Shown here one piece after another: positions 37,662 to 48,056 of a stretch of 64,000 nucleotides of DNA (the stretch's first letter is position 1; each line of letters opens with the position of its first letter). The stretch is taken from assembly GCA_051859245.1 (NCBI GenBank), contig JBHYGA010000001.1:544001-608000 (forward strand), read 5' to 3'. This stretch comes from Gemmatimonadaceae bacterium. GTDB taxonomy: Bacteria; Gemmatimonadota; Gemmatimonadetes; Gemmatimonadales; Gemmatimonadaceae. Made by a program: the position numbers and the translations under genes. The notes beneath the pieces were generated by a model, which was not told the DNA's origin, made no database searches, and was given only the letters and a program-made list of their open reading frames with translations.

Positions 37662-40235
37662 ATGCCACCACGAGAGCCGAAAGGATCGCCCAAGCCATCC
37701 CGTAGCGCGTCAGACGGGCCTGCGCCTAAGGAGTCGTCGCCTAAGGCTTCGTCGCCCAAGGTGCCGTCGCCCAAGGCAACGTTGCCCAAGTCACCGGTGC
37801 CCAAACGAGCTGTGTCCGTGTCGTACGCACGGTTGAACCCGCCCGAGGAGGAAGTGAGGCGACTACGGGGCGGCACGCACGCTCGTCCGCACGCCCTGCT
37901 GGGCCCACACGCGGTTGAGTTTGATAAAGCCTCGGGTGTCGTGATCCGAGTGCTGTCCCACGGAGCGGTGGCGGGATGGATTGTCGATGCGAGCGGCGAA
38001 GAGCACACGTTGCAATCGAGCGGCGATGGCCTCATGCAGGTGTTTGTGCCGGGAGCCCGGGTGCACGATGCATACCGTGTGCGACTGCGCTTTGCCGACG
38101 GTACCGAAGTCACCGCCGATGACCCGTATCGATTCGCGCCCACACTCGGTGCGATGGATCTGCACCTGATCGGTGAGGGCACACATCATCGTTTGTGGGA
38201 AGCGCTGGGCGCACAGCTCAGGGAAATCGACGGTGTGACAGGTACCGCTTTCGCGGTGTGGGCCCCCAATGCACGCGGTGTGAGCGTGATTGGTGCGTTC
38301 AACGGATGGAGCGGTGCGGTGCATCCGATGCGCAAATTGAATGACGGCGGCATCTGGGAGTTGTTCATTCCCGGAGTGCGCGCGGGCGCAACGTACAAGT
38401 ACGAAGTGCGTCCCATGTCTGGGCCGTGGCGCGTGAAAACCGACCCGCTCGGTCAGTTCATGGAGCAACAGCCTGGCAACGCATCGATCGTCGTCGCGCA
38501 GGATCAATACACGTGGAACGACGGCGTCTGGCTGTCATCTCGCGCAAAACGTGATCCGGTACGCGAGCCCATGCTGGTGTACGAAGTGCATCTTGGATCC
38601 TGGCGTCGCGTCGCGGAAGAAAACAACCGATCACTCACGTATCGCGAAATTGCGCCGCTGCTGGCCGAGCATTGTGTAAAGCTGGGGTTCACACACATCG
38701 AGCTGATGCCGATTCAGGAGCATCCGTACGGCGGCTCGTGGGGCTACCAGGTGAGCGGTTACTACGCGCCGACCTCTCGCTACGGCACGCCGGATGATTT
38801 CAAGTTTTTTATCGATACCATGCACCAGGCGGGCATTGGTGTGTTGCTCGACTGGGTGCCAGCGCATTTTCCGAAGGACGATTTTGCGCTGCGCCGCTTT
38901 GACGGTACGGCTTGCTACGAACACGAAGATCCGCGTCTCGCAGAGCATCCGGAGTGGGGCACACTGATTTTCAACTACGGGCGCAACGAGGTACGCAACT
39001 TTCTCCTCGCGAATGTGCTCTACTGGGTGGAACAGTTTCACATCGACGGAATCCGTGTGGATGCCGTGGCGTCCATGCTTTACCTCGACTACGGGCGCGA
39101 AGCCGGCCAGTGGATGCGGAACCGTCTTGGTGGTCGCGAAAATCTTGACGCCGTGAGTTTCCTGAAAGAGTTGAATCACACGGTACGCACGTTGCACCCT
39201 GGTGTGGTGACCATCGCAGAAGAGAGTACCACGTGGCCTCGTGTCACGCACCCGATTCTCGAAGGCGGGCTCGGTTTCACGTTCAAGTGGAACATGGGGT
39301 GGATGCACGATACGCTGGACTACTTTCGCGTGGATCCGCTGTTCCGCCGAGGCGCGCACAACCAGCTCACGTTCGCCATGATGTACGAGTACAGCGAACG
39401 TTTTGTGAATCCGCTCTCACACGACGAAGTGGTGCACCTCAAGCGCTCGCTGCTTGAGAAGATGCCCGGTGACATGTGGCAGAAGTTCGCCAACCTGCGT
39501 GCGTTGATTGCGTATTCAGTGCTGCGTCCAGGCAAATCACTGTTTTTCATGGGCACGGAACTGGCGCCGCATCGAGAGTGGAATCACGACGCGAGTCTGG
39601 AGTGGCACTTGTTGCAGGATCCGCGCCGGGCCGGCCTGATGCAGTTCGTGGAACGCCTCGGTGCGCTGTACAAGGAAGACAGCAGCTTCTGGCGCCGCGA
39701 TCACGAGCCGTCTGGCTTTTCGTGGGTAGACGTTGGAGATCGTGAGCAGAGCATCGTGTCGTTCGTGCGACGCGACGGTGGGCGACACGCGGTTGTGGTG
39801 CTCAATCTCACGCCAGTTCCCCGTGAGCACTACCGCATTGGCGCGCCGGCCAAAGGTGCGTACGCGTACGCGTTGTCCAGCGACGACGAAGTTTTTGGTG
39901 GCAGCGGTTATGCGCGAGCAGATTCTGTACCGACCGAGGATCATCCGTATCATGGTTTCGAGCAATCAATGCTGCTGACGCTACCGCCGTTATCGGCGAT
40001 CGTGTTACAGCCGGAGCCCGGCACGGTTGAAGAATCTGCTCGCGTGAAGGCGGTAGAGTCGCTTCCAGCGGGGCTGGAGATTGCGGTACCAACCGCGCTG
40101 CTCGCGAGACGCGTCGGCAAAACGAAAAAGAAGGACGCCGAAAAGAAGGCGGATGCACCAAAGAAAAAGCCGTCAGCGAAAGCGGAAAAGTCGTCGCGCA
40201 AGCGCAAGCGCGATGACTCCGGAGACGCCTCGTGA
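37662..40235 (+). CDS. glgB: 1,4-alpha-glucan branching enzyme with low-complexity terminal extensions
   Basis: VWAPNA, YEVHLGSW, GIRVDAVASMLY, IAEEST, LSHDEVVH. Confidence 0.97.
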   Translation: MPPREPKGSPKPSRSASDGPAPKESSPKASSPKVPSPKATLPKSPVPKRAVSVSYARLNPPEEEVRRLRGGTHARPHALLGPHAVEFDKASGVVIRVLSHGAVAGWIVDASGEEHTLQSSGDGLMQVFVPGARVHDAYRVRLRFADGTEVTADDPYRFAPTLGAMDLHLIGEGTHHRLWEALGAQLREIDGVTGTAFAVWAPNARGVSVIGAFNGWSGAVHPMRKLNDGGIWELFIPGVRAGATYKYEVRPMSGPWRVKTDPLGQFMEQQPGNASIVVAQDQYTWNDGVWLSSRAKRDPVREPMLVYEVHLGSWRRVAEENNRSLTYREIAPLLAEHCVKLGFTHIELMPIQEHPYGGSWGYQVSGYYAPTSRYGTPDDFKFFIDTMHQAGIGVLLDWVPAHFPKDDFALRRFDGTACYEHEDPRLAEHPEWGTLIFNYGRNEVRNFLLANVLYWVEQFHIDGIRVDAVASMLYLDYGREAGQWMRNRLGGRENLDAVSFLKELNHTVRTLHPGVVTIAEESTTWPRVTHPILEGGLGFTFKWNMGWMHDTLDYFRVDPLFRRGAHNQLTFAMMYEYSERFVNPLSHDEVVHLKRSLLEKMPGDMWQKFANLRALIAYSVLRPGKSLFFMGTELAPHREWNHDASLEWHLLQDPRRAGLMQFVERLGALYKEDSSFWRRDHEPSGFSWVDVGDREQSIVSFVRRDGGRHAVVVLNLTPVPREHYRIGAPAKGAYAYALSSDDEVFGGSGYARADSVPTEDHPYHGFEQSMLLTLPPLSAIVLQPEPGTVEESARVKAVESLPAGLEIAVPTALLARRVGKTKKKDAEKKADAPKKKPSAKAEKSSRKRKRDDSGDAS
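37725..37805 (+). repeat. Imperfect 15-bp tandem repeat (PKxxx) x5.4 in the glgB N-terminus
   Basis: cctaaggagtcgtcg cctaaggcttcgtcg cccaaggtgccgtcg cccaaggcaacgttg cccaagtcaccggtg cccaaa. Confidence 0.85.
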
Positions 40236-41002
40236 GAGTCCGTGCTGCGCGCACGCTGAATACCGTGGTGTTTGGCGTCGTGACCGTTGCTGCGGCAGCA
40301 CTCTGCATTCGACTCGGCATCTGGCAGCTCGATCGTCTTGCTCAGCGGCGCGCGTACAATGACCAGGTCGCGTCGCGCTTTGACAACGGCGCAGAGCCGG
40401 TGCGCGATGTGATGGCGCGTGATACGGGTGACGCACGTTGGCGCCGCGTGACGGGTGTTGGTGTGGCGCAGTACGATCGGGAGGTGGTGCTCGCCGCACG
40501 CACGCGCGGCGGATCACCGGGCGTGTGGATCATCACGCCACTGCGCCTGCCCAACACTGACACTCTGGTGCCTCTCGTCCGCGGCTGGGTGTACTCACCC
40601 AATGGTCGCACAGTCGATCTGAGCAAATGGCGGGAAGCCGACACCATTACCATTGATGGGCGAGTGGACGCCTTTCAGCGTCCGGCGGCAGGTGCGCCAC
40701 GCTTGCAGTCTGATGATCGCGCCTTTCGCTGGCTTGAACGCGACACGCTGGCGGCCGAATGGAACGCGCCAGTGGCACCAATGCTCGTGTATCAGTTCGG
40801 CGATACGATCGGCGGCTATGAAGCCACCGGCGGCGTTACACCGGCACGGTTTCCGTTACCCACCATGGACGAAGGTCCGCATAAGAGTTACGCCGTGCAG
40901 TGGTTCGCATTTGCAACAGTGTTCGTGGTTGGCTACGGCGCGGTGCTGGTGACACGCCGCAAACGTGAGCAGCGTATCACCTCGACACCGTCAATCACGT
41001 AA
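40232..41002 (+). CDS. SURF1 family protein
   Basis: LGIWQLDR, TPL, VRGWV, 'HKSYAVQWFAFA'. Confidence 0.92.
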   Translation: MRVRAARTLNTVVFGVVTVAAAALCIRLGIWQLDRLAQRRAYNDQVASRFDNGAEPVRDVMARDTGDARWRRVTGVGVAQYDREVVLAARTRGGSPGVWIITPLRLPNTDTLVPLVRGWVYSPNGRTVDLSKWREADTITIDGRVDAFQRPAAGAPRLQSDDRAFRWLERDTLAAEWNAPVAPMLVYQFGDTIGGYEATGGVTPARFPLPTMDEGPHKSYAVQWFAFATVFVVGYGAVLVTRRKREQRITSTPSIT

Positions 41003-41004
41003 CA

Positions 41005-42321
41005 TCAGTCGCGCGCTGCCCCGCGTCCGATCCCGGAGTACGCAAACCCTGCCGCGTTCGCTTCTTCGGCGGGATACACGTTGCGCAGATCGACCAGCAC
41101 GCGTGATTTCATCGCGGTGCCAAGTCTGTTCAGATCCAAGGCGCGGAACTCATTCCACTCGGTAATGAGCACCAGCACGTCGGCGCCTTCGGCGACCTCG
41201 TACGGGCCGTCGCACCAGATCACGTCCGGGAGCAGCGACTGTGCCTCGTGCATTGCGGCCGGGTCATACGCGCGCACTACGGCGCCGGCGTCCTGCAGCG
41301 CCGGTACAATCGCGAGCGCGGGTGCTTCGCGCATGTCGTCGGTGTTCGGCTTGAAGGCCACGCCGAGTACACCCACCGTTTTGCCGCGCACGCTACCACC
41401 ACACGCCTGCATCACGCGCGACGCCATGGCGCCCTTCCGCGTGTCATTCACCTGAATCACCGTCTCAACAATGCGAGCGGGCGCACCATACTCCTGCGCC
41501 GTGCGTGCCAATGCGACGGTGTCTTTCGGAAAACACGAACCGCCGTAGCCGGGTCCCGCGTGCAAGAACTTCTTGCCGATGCGACCGTCGAGACCCATAC
41601 CGCGCGCGACATCCTGCACATTCGCACCAACCTTCTCGCACAACTCCGCCATCTCGTTGATGAACGTGATCTTGGTGGCAAGAAATGCGTTGGCCGCGTA
41701 CTTGGTGAGCTCGGATGTTTCGAGTGACGTCATCACGATTGGCGTTTCATTCAGATAGAGCGGGCGGTAGAGCTGTTTCATCACCGCCTGCGCACGCTCG
41801 GTTTCCGCACCAATCACCACACGGTCCGGGCGCATGAAGTCGCCAATCGCCGAACCCTCGCGCAGAAACTCCGGATTGGACACCACGTCAAAATCGGCGT
41901 CCGGCGCGGTTTCGCGAATGATCTGCGCAACTTTCCTGCCCGTACCAACCGGCACGGTGCTCTTGGTCACCACCACGGTGTAGCCCGTGAGTGCTTTTGC
42001 GATTTCCACCGCCGCCGCCTCCACGAAGCGCAAGTCGGCGTGACCATCGCCGCGACGGCTTGGCGTACCGACCGCGATGAATACGGCGTCTGCTTCTCGT
42101 ACCGCTGCTGCGAGATCAGTGGTGAAGAACAAGCGCTTGGCGGCCAGTCCCTTCTGCACCAGATCTTCCAGTCCGTTCTCGTAGATCGGGATCTCGCCGC
42201 GACGCAAACGCTCCACCTTATCAGCGTTGAGATCGACGCAGGTGACCGTAGGCCCGAACTCGGCGAAACAGGCGCCCGACACTAGCCCGACGTATCCCGT
42301 ACCAATCATCGCAATGCGCAC
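41005..42321 (-). CDS. ugd: UDP-glucose 6-dehydrogenase
   Basis: GTGYVG, KSTVPVG, NPEFLREG, GGSCFPKD, FKPNTDD. Confidence 0.96.
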   Translation of the reverse strand: MRIAMIGTGYVGLVSGACFAEFGPTVTCVDLNADKVERLRRGEIPIYENGLEDLVQKGLAAKRLFFTTDLAAAVREADAVFIAVGTPSRRGDGHADLRFVEAAAVEIAKALTGYTVVVTKSTVPVGTGRKVAQIIRETAPDADFDVVSNPEFLREGSAIGDFMRPDRVVIGAETERAQAVMKQLYRPLYLNETPIVMTSLETSELTKYAANAFLATKITFINEMAELCEKVGANVQDVARGMGLDGRIGKKFLHAGPGYGGSCFPKDTVALARTAQEYGAPARIVETVIQVNDTRKGAMASRVMQACGGSVRGKTVGVLGVAFKPNTDDMREAPALAIVPALQDAGAVVRAYDPAAMHEAQSLLPDVIWCDGPYEVAEGADVLVLITEWNEFRALDLNRLGTAMKSRVLVDLRNVYPAEEANAAGFAYSGIGRGAARD

Positions 42322-42324
42322 GAA

Positions 42325-43341
42325 TCAATCTCCAATGTTGTAATACGAGCGATACCACTGCACAAACGCGTGTACGCCGTCTGCGATTGGCGTTTTGGGC
42401 GCGAACCCGACGTCCTGCACCAGCGCTTCCACGTCGGCGTACGTGGCTGGCACGTCGCCCGGCTGCATGGGCAGCATGTTCTTTTCGGCCGTGCGTCCCA
42501 GCGATGCTTCGAGCGTGCGAATGAGCTCCATGAGCTCCACCGGGTTGTTGTTGCCAATGTTGTAGATGCGATACGGGGCGCGACTTGTGGCGGGATCGGG
42601 GGTGTTGGAATCCCAGTCGGCGTTCGGCAACGCGGTGTGATCCGACGTGCGAATCACACCTTCCACGATGTCATCGATATAGGTGAAGTCACGCTGCATG
42701 CGCCCGTGATTGAAGACATCAATCGGGCGCCCTTCCAGAATGGCTTTCGTAAACAGGAACAGCGCCATGTCCGGTCGGCCCCAGGGGCCGTACACGGTAA
42801 AAAAACGCAATCCGGTGGTTGGCAGCGCGTACAAATGACTGTAGGTGTGCGCCATCAACTCGTTCGCCTTTTTCGTGGCCGCGTACAACGAGACCGGATG
42901 ATCCACGTTCTGGTGCACCGAGAACGGCATGGCCGTGTTCGCGCCGTACACGCTCGAGGACGATGCGTACGTAAGGTGTTGCACACCGTGGTGTCGGCAG
43001 CCTTCAAGAATATGCAGAAAGCCAACAAGGTTGCTGTCGATGTACGTGTGCGGATGCGTGAGTGAGTATCGCACGCCGGCCTGCGCGGCGAGGTTGATCA
43101 CGCGCTCGAACTGGCCTTCGCGGAACACACGCTCCACTTCAGCGCGGTCTTCAAGCCGGACTCGCTCAAGACGAAACGCGGGAAACTCGGCCAGGATCTT
43201 GAGCCGCGCTTCCTTGAGCGTGACATCGTAGTAGTCGTTTACGATGTCGAGCCCAACGACTTCGTCGCCGCGCTCAAGCAGTCGTTTGCTGGTATGGAAA
43301 CCGATGAAACCGGCCGCGCCGGTCACCAGATGTTTGGCCAT
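42325..43341 (-). CDS. NAD-dependent epimerase (UDP-glucuronate 4-epimerase type)
   Basis: [40 protein letters not shown] at 43341. Confidence 0.93.
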   Translation of the reverse strand: MAKHLVTGAAGFIGFHTSKRLLERGDEVVGLDIVNDYYDVTLKEARLKILAEFPAFRLERVRLEDRAEVERVFREGQFERVINLAAQAGVRYSLTHPHTYIDSNLVGFLHILEGCRHHGVQHLTYASSSSVYGANTAMPFSVHQNVDHPVSLYAATKKANELMAHTYSHLYALPTTGLRFFTVYGPWGRPDMALFLFTKAILEGRPIDVFNHGRMQRDFTYIDDIVEGVIRTSDHTALPNADWDSNTPDPATSRAPYRIYNIGNNNPVELMELIRTLEASLGRTAEKNMLPMQPGDVPATYADVEALVQDVGFAPKTPIADGVHAFVQWYRSYYNIGD

Positions 43342-43434
43342 GTCAGATCTCTTCGCTGGAAAACAAACCCCACACACGCACGTCTCTATCAGACGAATCT
43401 AGCGACGTTGGAGTCACCGGCGTGGCGACATTCG

Positions 43435-44361
43435 TCACGGATGCGAACCGACCGCCTTTCGTGCCGGTCGCTGCAATATCACGACTGCGGCCAGAATTCC
43501 CGCGCCGCCAAAGAGCGTGCCAATGCCGAGCTGCTGGCCGAGCAACAGCAAGCCGAGCACCGCCGTCCACACCGGTTCAATCGTACTCATGATCGCGGCG
43601 CGCACCGGTCCGAGGCCGGCGAGACCGGTCAGAAATCCGAGAAACGCCAACGCCGTCAGTACGCCCATGGCCACGCTGAGCGAGAGCATGCGCACGCTGG
43701 GTATCTCCCAAAGTTCACCGGACAACAAGCACCACGTGGCGAAACACAAGGTGCCGCCAAGTGCCACGGCGTGCGATGCACTGAGCGGCGAAATGTTGCG
43801 CTGTCGTACGCTCATGGCGGGTATGTAAATCGCGTACACCACCGCCGCGGCAAGTGCGAGGAACACACCAATCGGAGACAGTGCACCGCCATCCGGTGAG
43901 CCAACCATCGCGGCCACGCCGGCGAGCGCCAGCACGAGCGCGAGCACCTTCATTTTGGTAACCACTTCAATCCCGCGAATGGCGCTCAGCACCGTGACCC
44001 ACGCGGGATACGTGTAGAAGAGAAATCCAATTGTCGCCGCGGGCAAATACACCAGCGCTGAGAGCGTGAGCGACGCGATCAGAAACTGCGCGCCCCCGCC
44101 GAGCAGGGTGATGTCTGCTTGTCGCCAGGCGGCGGGTTGTGCACGCGCGACCGGATCACGCCTGCGCGCGCGATACGCCAGCAGGCCAAGCAACAGCGCC
44201 GATGTTCCGTAGCGCCAGAGCTGCACCGTCTGCAATGCACTGCCGTCACTCGTGGCCATGGCCGTGAGCGGCGAGACCGAGCCAAAACAACACGCGCTCA
44301 GTACCACCCACAACGTGGCGTTGAGCGCCGACGGTTTACTCCTCGCCGTTGTTTCGGACAC
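43435..44361 (-). CDS. DMT/EamA family transporter
   Basis: About 10 TM in two repeats; 'YTYPAWV', 'STIEPV'. Confidence 0.9.
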   Translation of the reverse strand: MSETTARSKPSALNATLWVVLSACCFGSVSPLTAMATSDGSALQTVQLWRYGTSALLLGLLAYRARRRDPVARAQPAAWRQADITLLGGGAQFLIASLTLSALVYLPAATIGFLFYTYPAWVTVLSAIRGIEVVTKMKVLALVLALAGVAAMVGSPDGGALSPIGVFLALAAAVVYAIYIPAMSVRQRNISPLSASHAVALGGTLCFATWCLLSGELWEIPSVRMLSLSVAMGVLTALAFLGFLTGLAGLGPVRAAIMSTIEPVWTAVLGLLLLGQQLGIGTLFGGAGILAAVVILQRPARKAVGSHP

Positions 44362-44363
44362 GC

Positions 44364-45812
44364 TCAGCTCAGAACGCTGCGAAGAAAAATGGACGCCGCG
44401 GTGAAGTAGATAATGATCCCGCTCACATCGACCAGCGTAGCGACAAAAGGCGCCGAGGCGCTCGCGGGGTCCGCGCCAAGTCGGCGCAGAACGAACGGCA
44501 ACATGGAGCCGACTAATGACCCAAACGTGACGACGCCAACGAGCGCGACCGAAACGGTCAACGCAATCGGTAGCGCCAGCCCCTCGTAGTCATGACCAAG
44601 CGCGACGTTGCCCACACTCCAGCTGCCATTGGCCATACTCTGCCACACGATGATGCGCACAAAACCCATCGCCCCAAGCAACAGGCCAAGGGAAAACCCC
44701 GTGGGCAGCTCGCGTCGTGCAACACGCCACCAGTCTTTCAGCGTGACCTCACCCAGCGCCATGGCACGAATGATCAGCGATGTCGCTTGCGAACCGCTGT
44801 TGCCACCCGACGCGATGATCAATGGAATAAACGACGTGAGAATCAGCAGCTTGTCGAGCTGTCCTTCGTACCGATGAATAGCTGACGCCGTAAACAGCTC
44901 GCCCACGAACAGCACGGCCAGCCAGCCGCCGCGTTTCTTGAGCATGTCGACGAGCCCGATTTGCATGTACGGCTCGTCGAGCGCTTCCATACCGCCAAAC
45001 TTTTGCGCGTCTTCGGTCTGCTCTTCCTGGATGACGTCAATGACGTCGTCTACCGTGACCACGCCCAGCAGACGCCGCTGCTCATCGACCACAGGCAGCG
45101 CGACAAGGTCGTAGTTCGACGTAATGTTCGAGACTTCTTCCTGACCCATATGCGGGCCAACGCTTACCACTTCGCTCCACGCGAGGTCGTTCAGTCGCGC
45201 ACCTTCGGGCGCCGCCAGCAGCTCGCGCAGTGACAGCACACCACGAAGTCGACCGTTCTGATCCGTGGTGTAGACGGTGTACATCGCTTCTTTACGACCG
45301 GCGCGCGCCATGGCGCGCACGGCACGCAGCGCTTCTTCCACCGTGAGTGATTCTGCCACCGAGACAAACTCGGTGGTCATCAGGCCACCGGCAGTATACG
45401 GATCGTACGCGAGCAGACGCTCGGTCTCAGCGGCCGCCGCCGGTGTTAGCTCGGAAAGAATGTCGTCGGCGGTTTCCTCATCCAGCTCATCGAGCACGTC
45501 GGCGCGCTCGTCCGGCGTCATCTGCTCAACGAGCGTCGCGGCATCACGCGCCGAGAGCGTTTCGAGCACCTCCGTGCGCATCTCCTCGTCGAGATACTCG
45601 AGCACGTCGGCCGCACGTTCCTTCGGCAGCGCCGCCAGCAAGGCTGCCACGCTCTCCAACGGCATCAGCTCGGCAATGTCTGCGAGGTCGGCCGGGTGCA
45701 GCTCCTCCGTTTGCGGACCGATGCTCTGAGGCGCCTCCTCGAGAAGCTCGAGCAGGTCCGGCATCAGCAGCGCCGCGAGCGGGCGGTCGGGGTTCGTAGG
45801 CATCGGCATCAT
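44364..45812 (-). CDS. mgtE: Magnesium transporter MgtE
   Basis: Acidic N domain, CBS pair, GGNSGSQ, 'DPASASAPFVATLVD'. Confidence 0.96.
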   Translation of the reverse strand: MMPMPTNPDRPLAALLMPDLLELLEEAPQSIGPQTEELHPADLADIAELMPLESVAALLAALPKERAADVLEYLDEEMRTEVLETLSARDAATLVEQMTPDERADVLDELDEETADDILSELTPAAAAETERLLAYDPYTAGGLMTTEFVSVAESLTVEEALRAVRAMARAGRKEAMYTVYTTDQNGRLRGVLSLRELLAAPEGARLNDLAWSEVVSVGPHMGQEEVSNITSNYDLVALPVVDEQRRLLGVVTVDDVIDVIQEEQTEDAQKFGGMEALDEPYMQIGLVDMLKKRGGWLAVLFVGELFTASAIHRYEGQLDKLLILTSFIPLIIASGGNSGSQATSLIIRAMALGEVTLKDWWRVARRELPTGFSLGLLLGAMGFVRIIVWQSMANGSWSVGNVALGHDYEGLALPIALTVSVALVGVVTFGSLVGSMLPFVLRRLGADPASASAPFVATLVDVSGIIIYFTAASIFLRSVLS

Positions 45813-45891
45813 TGGGGCGTTGGCGGGGGCAAGTTACCTCGCGATGCGCACCGGGTGAAGCGAGGAGCCCCGGATCCGATTATTTATCATC

Positions 45892-46815
45892 ATGCTACGC
45901 ACTGCTTTCCTGGGCCTTGGCGCTATCGGCACCCCGATGGCGCGTCATCTCGCTGGCGATCGCTTCGATCTGTGCGTGTGGAATCGCACGATGTCGCGCG
46001 CGGAACAGTTCGCGTCGGAGCACGCGGCGGGGCTGCGACGCACACCGGCGGAAGCGGCAGCCGGGCGCGACGTGGTCGTCACCTGCTTGCCCACGTCGAA
46101 GGAAGTGGCCGCGTTGCTCGATGGCCCCGACGGTTTGCTCGCCGCCATGGCGCCCGGCAGTACGCTGCTCGACTGCACCTCGGGCGATCCGGCCACGTCC
46201 AGACAGATCGCTGCTCGACTGGCCGAACGCGGTGTGCATTTTGTGGACGCGCCCGTTTCCGGCGGTGTCGTGGGTGCGGAACGCGGTGCGCTCACGGTCA
46301 TGTGCGGCGGCGAAGCGGAGGCGATCGATCGGGTGCGGCCGATCCTCGAATCGTTTGGCCAGCGGATTGTGCACGCCGGACCAGTCGGCGCGGGGCACGC
46401 ACTCAAAGCGGTGAACAACGCGCTCCTGGCCATGCAGATCTGGGGCGCGGCCGAGGGGCTGGCGGCGCTGGCGAGTGCGGGCGTACGTCCGGACCTCGCG
46501 CTCGAGGTGATCAACGCGTCGAGCGGACGCAGCAACGCCACTGAGAATCTCTTTCCCGAGCGCGTGCTGACGGGCGCGTTTCCGCGTACGTTTCGTGCGG
46601 CGTTGCTCGACAAGGATGTTGGCATTGCCGCCGATCTGGCGCGTGCGCAAAAGATTCCGTCGCCCTTGCTGCAACTCACCGCGGAGCTGTGGCGGATGGC
46701 GCACAATGAGCTTGGCGAAGTCGCCGATCACGTGGAGGCCGTTCGCGTGGTCGAGCGACTCGCCGGTGTGGCGCTTCGTGCAGGTCCGCTTCCGCTAGAC
46801 CCTTCCCATTCATGA
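45892..46815 (+). CDS. NAD(P)-dependent beta-hydroxyacid dehydrogenase (3-hydroxyisobutyrate DH family)
   Basis: GLGAIG, DAPVSGG, KAVNN, KDVG. Confidence 0.92.
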   Translation: MLRTAFLGLGAIGTPMARHLAGDRFDLCVWNRTMSRAEQFASEHAAGLRRTPAEAAAGRDVVVTCLPTSKEVAALLDGPDGLLAAMAPGSTLLDCTSGDPATSRQIAARLAERGVHFVDAPVSGGVVGAERGALTVMCGGEAEAIDRVRPILESFGQRIVHAGPVGAGHALKAVNNALLAMQIWGAAEGLAALASAGVRPDLALEVINASSGRSNATENLFPERVLTGAFPRTFRAALLDKDVGIAADLARAQKIPSPLLQLTAELWRMAHNELGEVADHVEAVRVVERLAGVALRAGPLPLDPSHS

Positions 46816-48056
46816 CCGGTCCATTGCTCACTCACACGGTTGCAGACACGCACACCATTCGCTCGCTGTTTCCGGCGCTTGAGCGTATGCATGGCGATGA
46901 ACGGGTGGCATACTTTGATGGACCGGGAGGCACGCAGGTGCCATCCAGTGTTGCGCACGCCATGACGGACTATCTGTTCCATCACAACGCGAACACACAC
47001 TGGCAGTATCCCACCAGTCAGGAAACCGACGCCCTCATTGATGCGTCGCGCACCACCCTTGGCGAGTTTCTGAACGCAGCGCCGCACGAGATCGCTTTCG
47101 GCGCGAACATGACGACGCTCGTGTATCACCTCTCGCGCGCGATCGGACGCACGTTGTCACCAGGTGATGAAATCATCGTGACCGAGCTTGATCACCACGC
47201 CAATATTGCGCCGTGGCAAGCGTTGGAGCGTGAGCGTGGTATTGTGCTCAAGTGGATCCCACTCGATCTGCACACGTCGCACCTTGATTTTGATGCGTAC
47301 GCGCGCGCTCTGTCGCCGCGCACAAAAGTCGTTGCGCTGGGTGCCGCCTCAAACGCGCTCGGCACGATTACCGATGTGCGCTCGCTTATCGCGATGGCCA
47401 GGGACACCGGTGCGCTGACGGTTGTGGACGCGGTGCACTACGCGCCGCATCATCTCGTGGACGTCCAGGCGATTGGATGTGATTTTCTCGCCTGTTCGGC
47501 GTACAAGTTCTATGGTCCGCATATCGGCGTACTGTACGGACGAGCGGATGCCATCGCCGCGCTTGATGTGCCCAAACTCGAACCGGCGCCCAACGTTGGT
47601 TCGGAGCGCCTCGAAACCGGCACGCAGAATCACGAGGGTATTGTTGGCGCCGCCGCCGCGGTGGATTTCCTCGCGTCCCTCGCGCCTGCGGATATGGGCA
47701 CGCGCCGTGAACGACTCGCCGCGACCTTTGACACACTGCATCATCGTGGCGAGCAACTCATTGCGCACTTTTGGGATGGCATTGGTCGGATGCCGTGGGT
47801 AACCCCGGTGGGACCGTTGCCGGGTAGCGCGCGCACATCCACAGTGAGCATGCGCGTTCGCGGCGGCTCCGACGCGGCGGCCCGTGCGCTGGCGGCACGC
47901 GGATTGTACGCATCCAACGGCGACTTCTACGCGAGCACGGTGGCGCGGCGACTCGGCGTGCAGGAGGAAGGCTTGTTGCGCATTGGCTGCATGGCCTACA
48001 CCACCGACCGCGAGATCGACCGTTTGCTTGCCGCGCTGCACGAGCTGCGGTCATGA
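46812..48056 (+). CDS. Cysteine desulfurase-like class V PLP enzyme
   Basis: YFDGPGGTQ, LDHHAN, DAVHYAPH, SAYKFYGPH, ETGT. Confidence 0.9.
   Translation: MTGPLLTHTVADTHTIRSLFPALERMHGDERVAYFDGPGGTQVPSSVAHAMTDYLFHHNANTHWQYPTSQETDALIDASRTTLGEFLNAAPHEIAFGANMTTLVYHLSRAIGRTLSPGDEIIVTELDHHANIAPWQALERERGIVLKWIPLDLHTSHLDFDAYARALSPRTKVVALGAASNALGTITDVRSLIAMARDTGALTVVDAVHYAPHHLVDVQAIGCDFLACSAYKFYGPHIGVLYGRADAIAALDVPKLEPAPNVGSERLETGTQNHEGIVGAAAAVDFLASLAPADMGTRRERLAATFDTLHHRGEQLIAHFWDGIGRMPWVTPVGPLPGSARTSTVSMRVRGGSDAAARALAARGLYASNGDFYASTVARRLGVQEEGLLRIGCMAYTTDREIDRLLAALHELRS

Noticed and set aside
16384..37805. Short tandem repeats (16384, 19168, 37725) as CRISPR arrays
   Set aside because: Units of 10-15 bp without unique spacers and no cas genes
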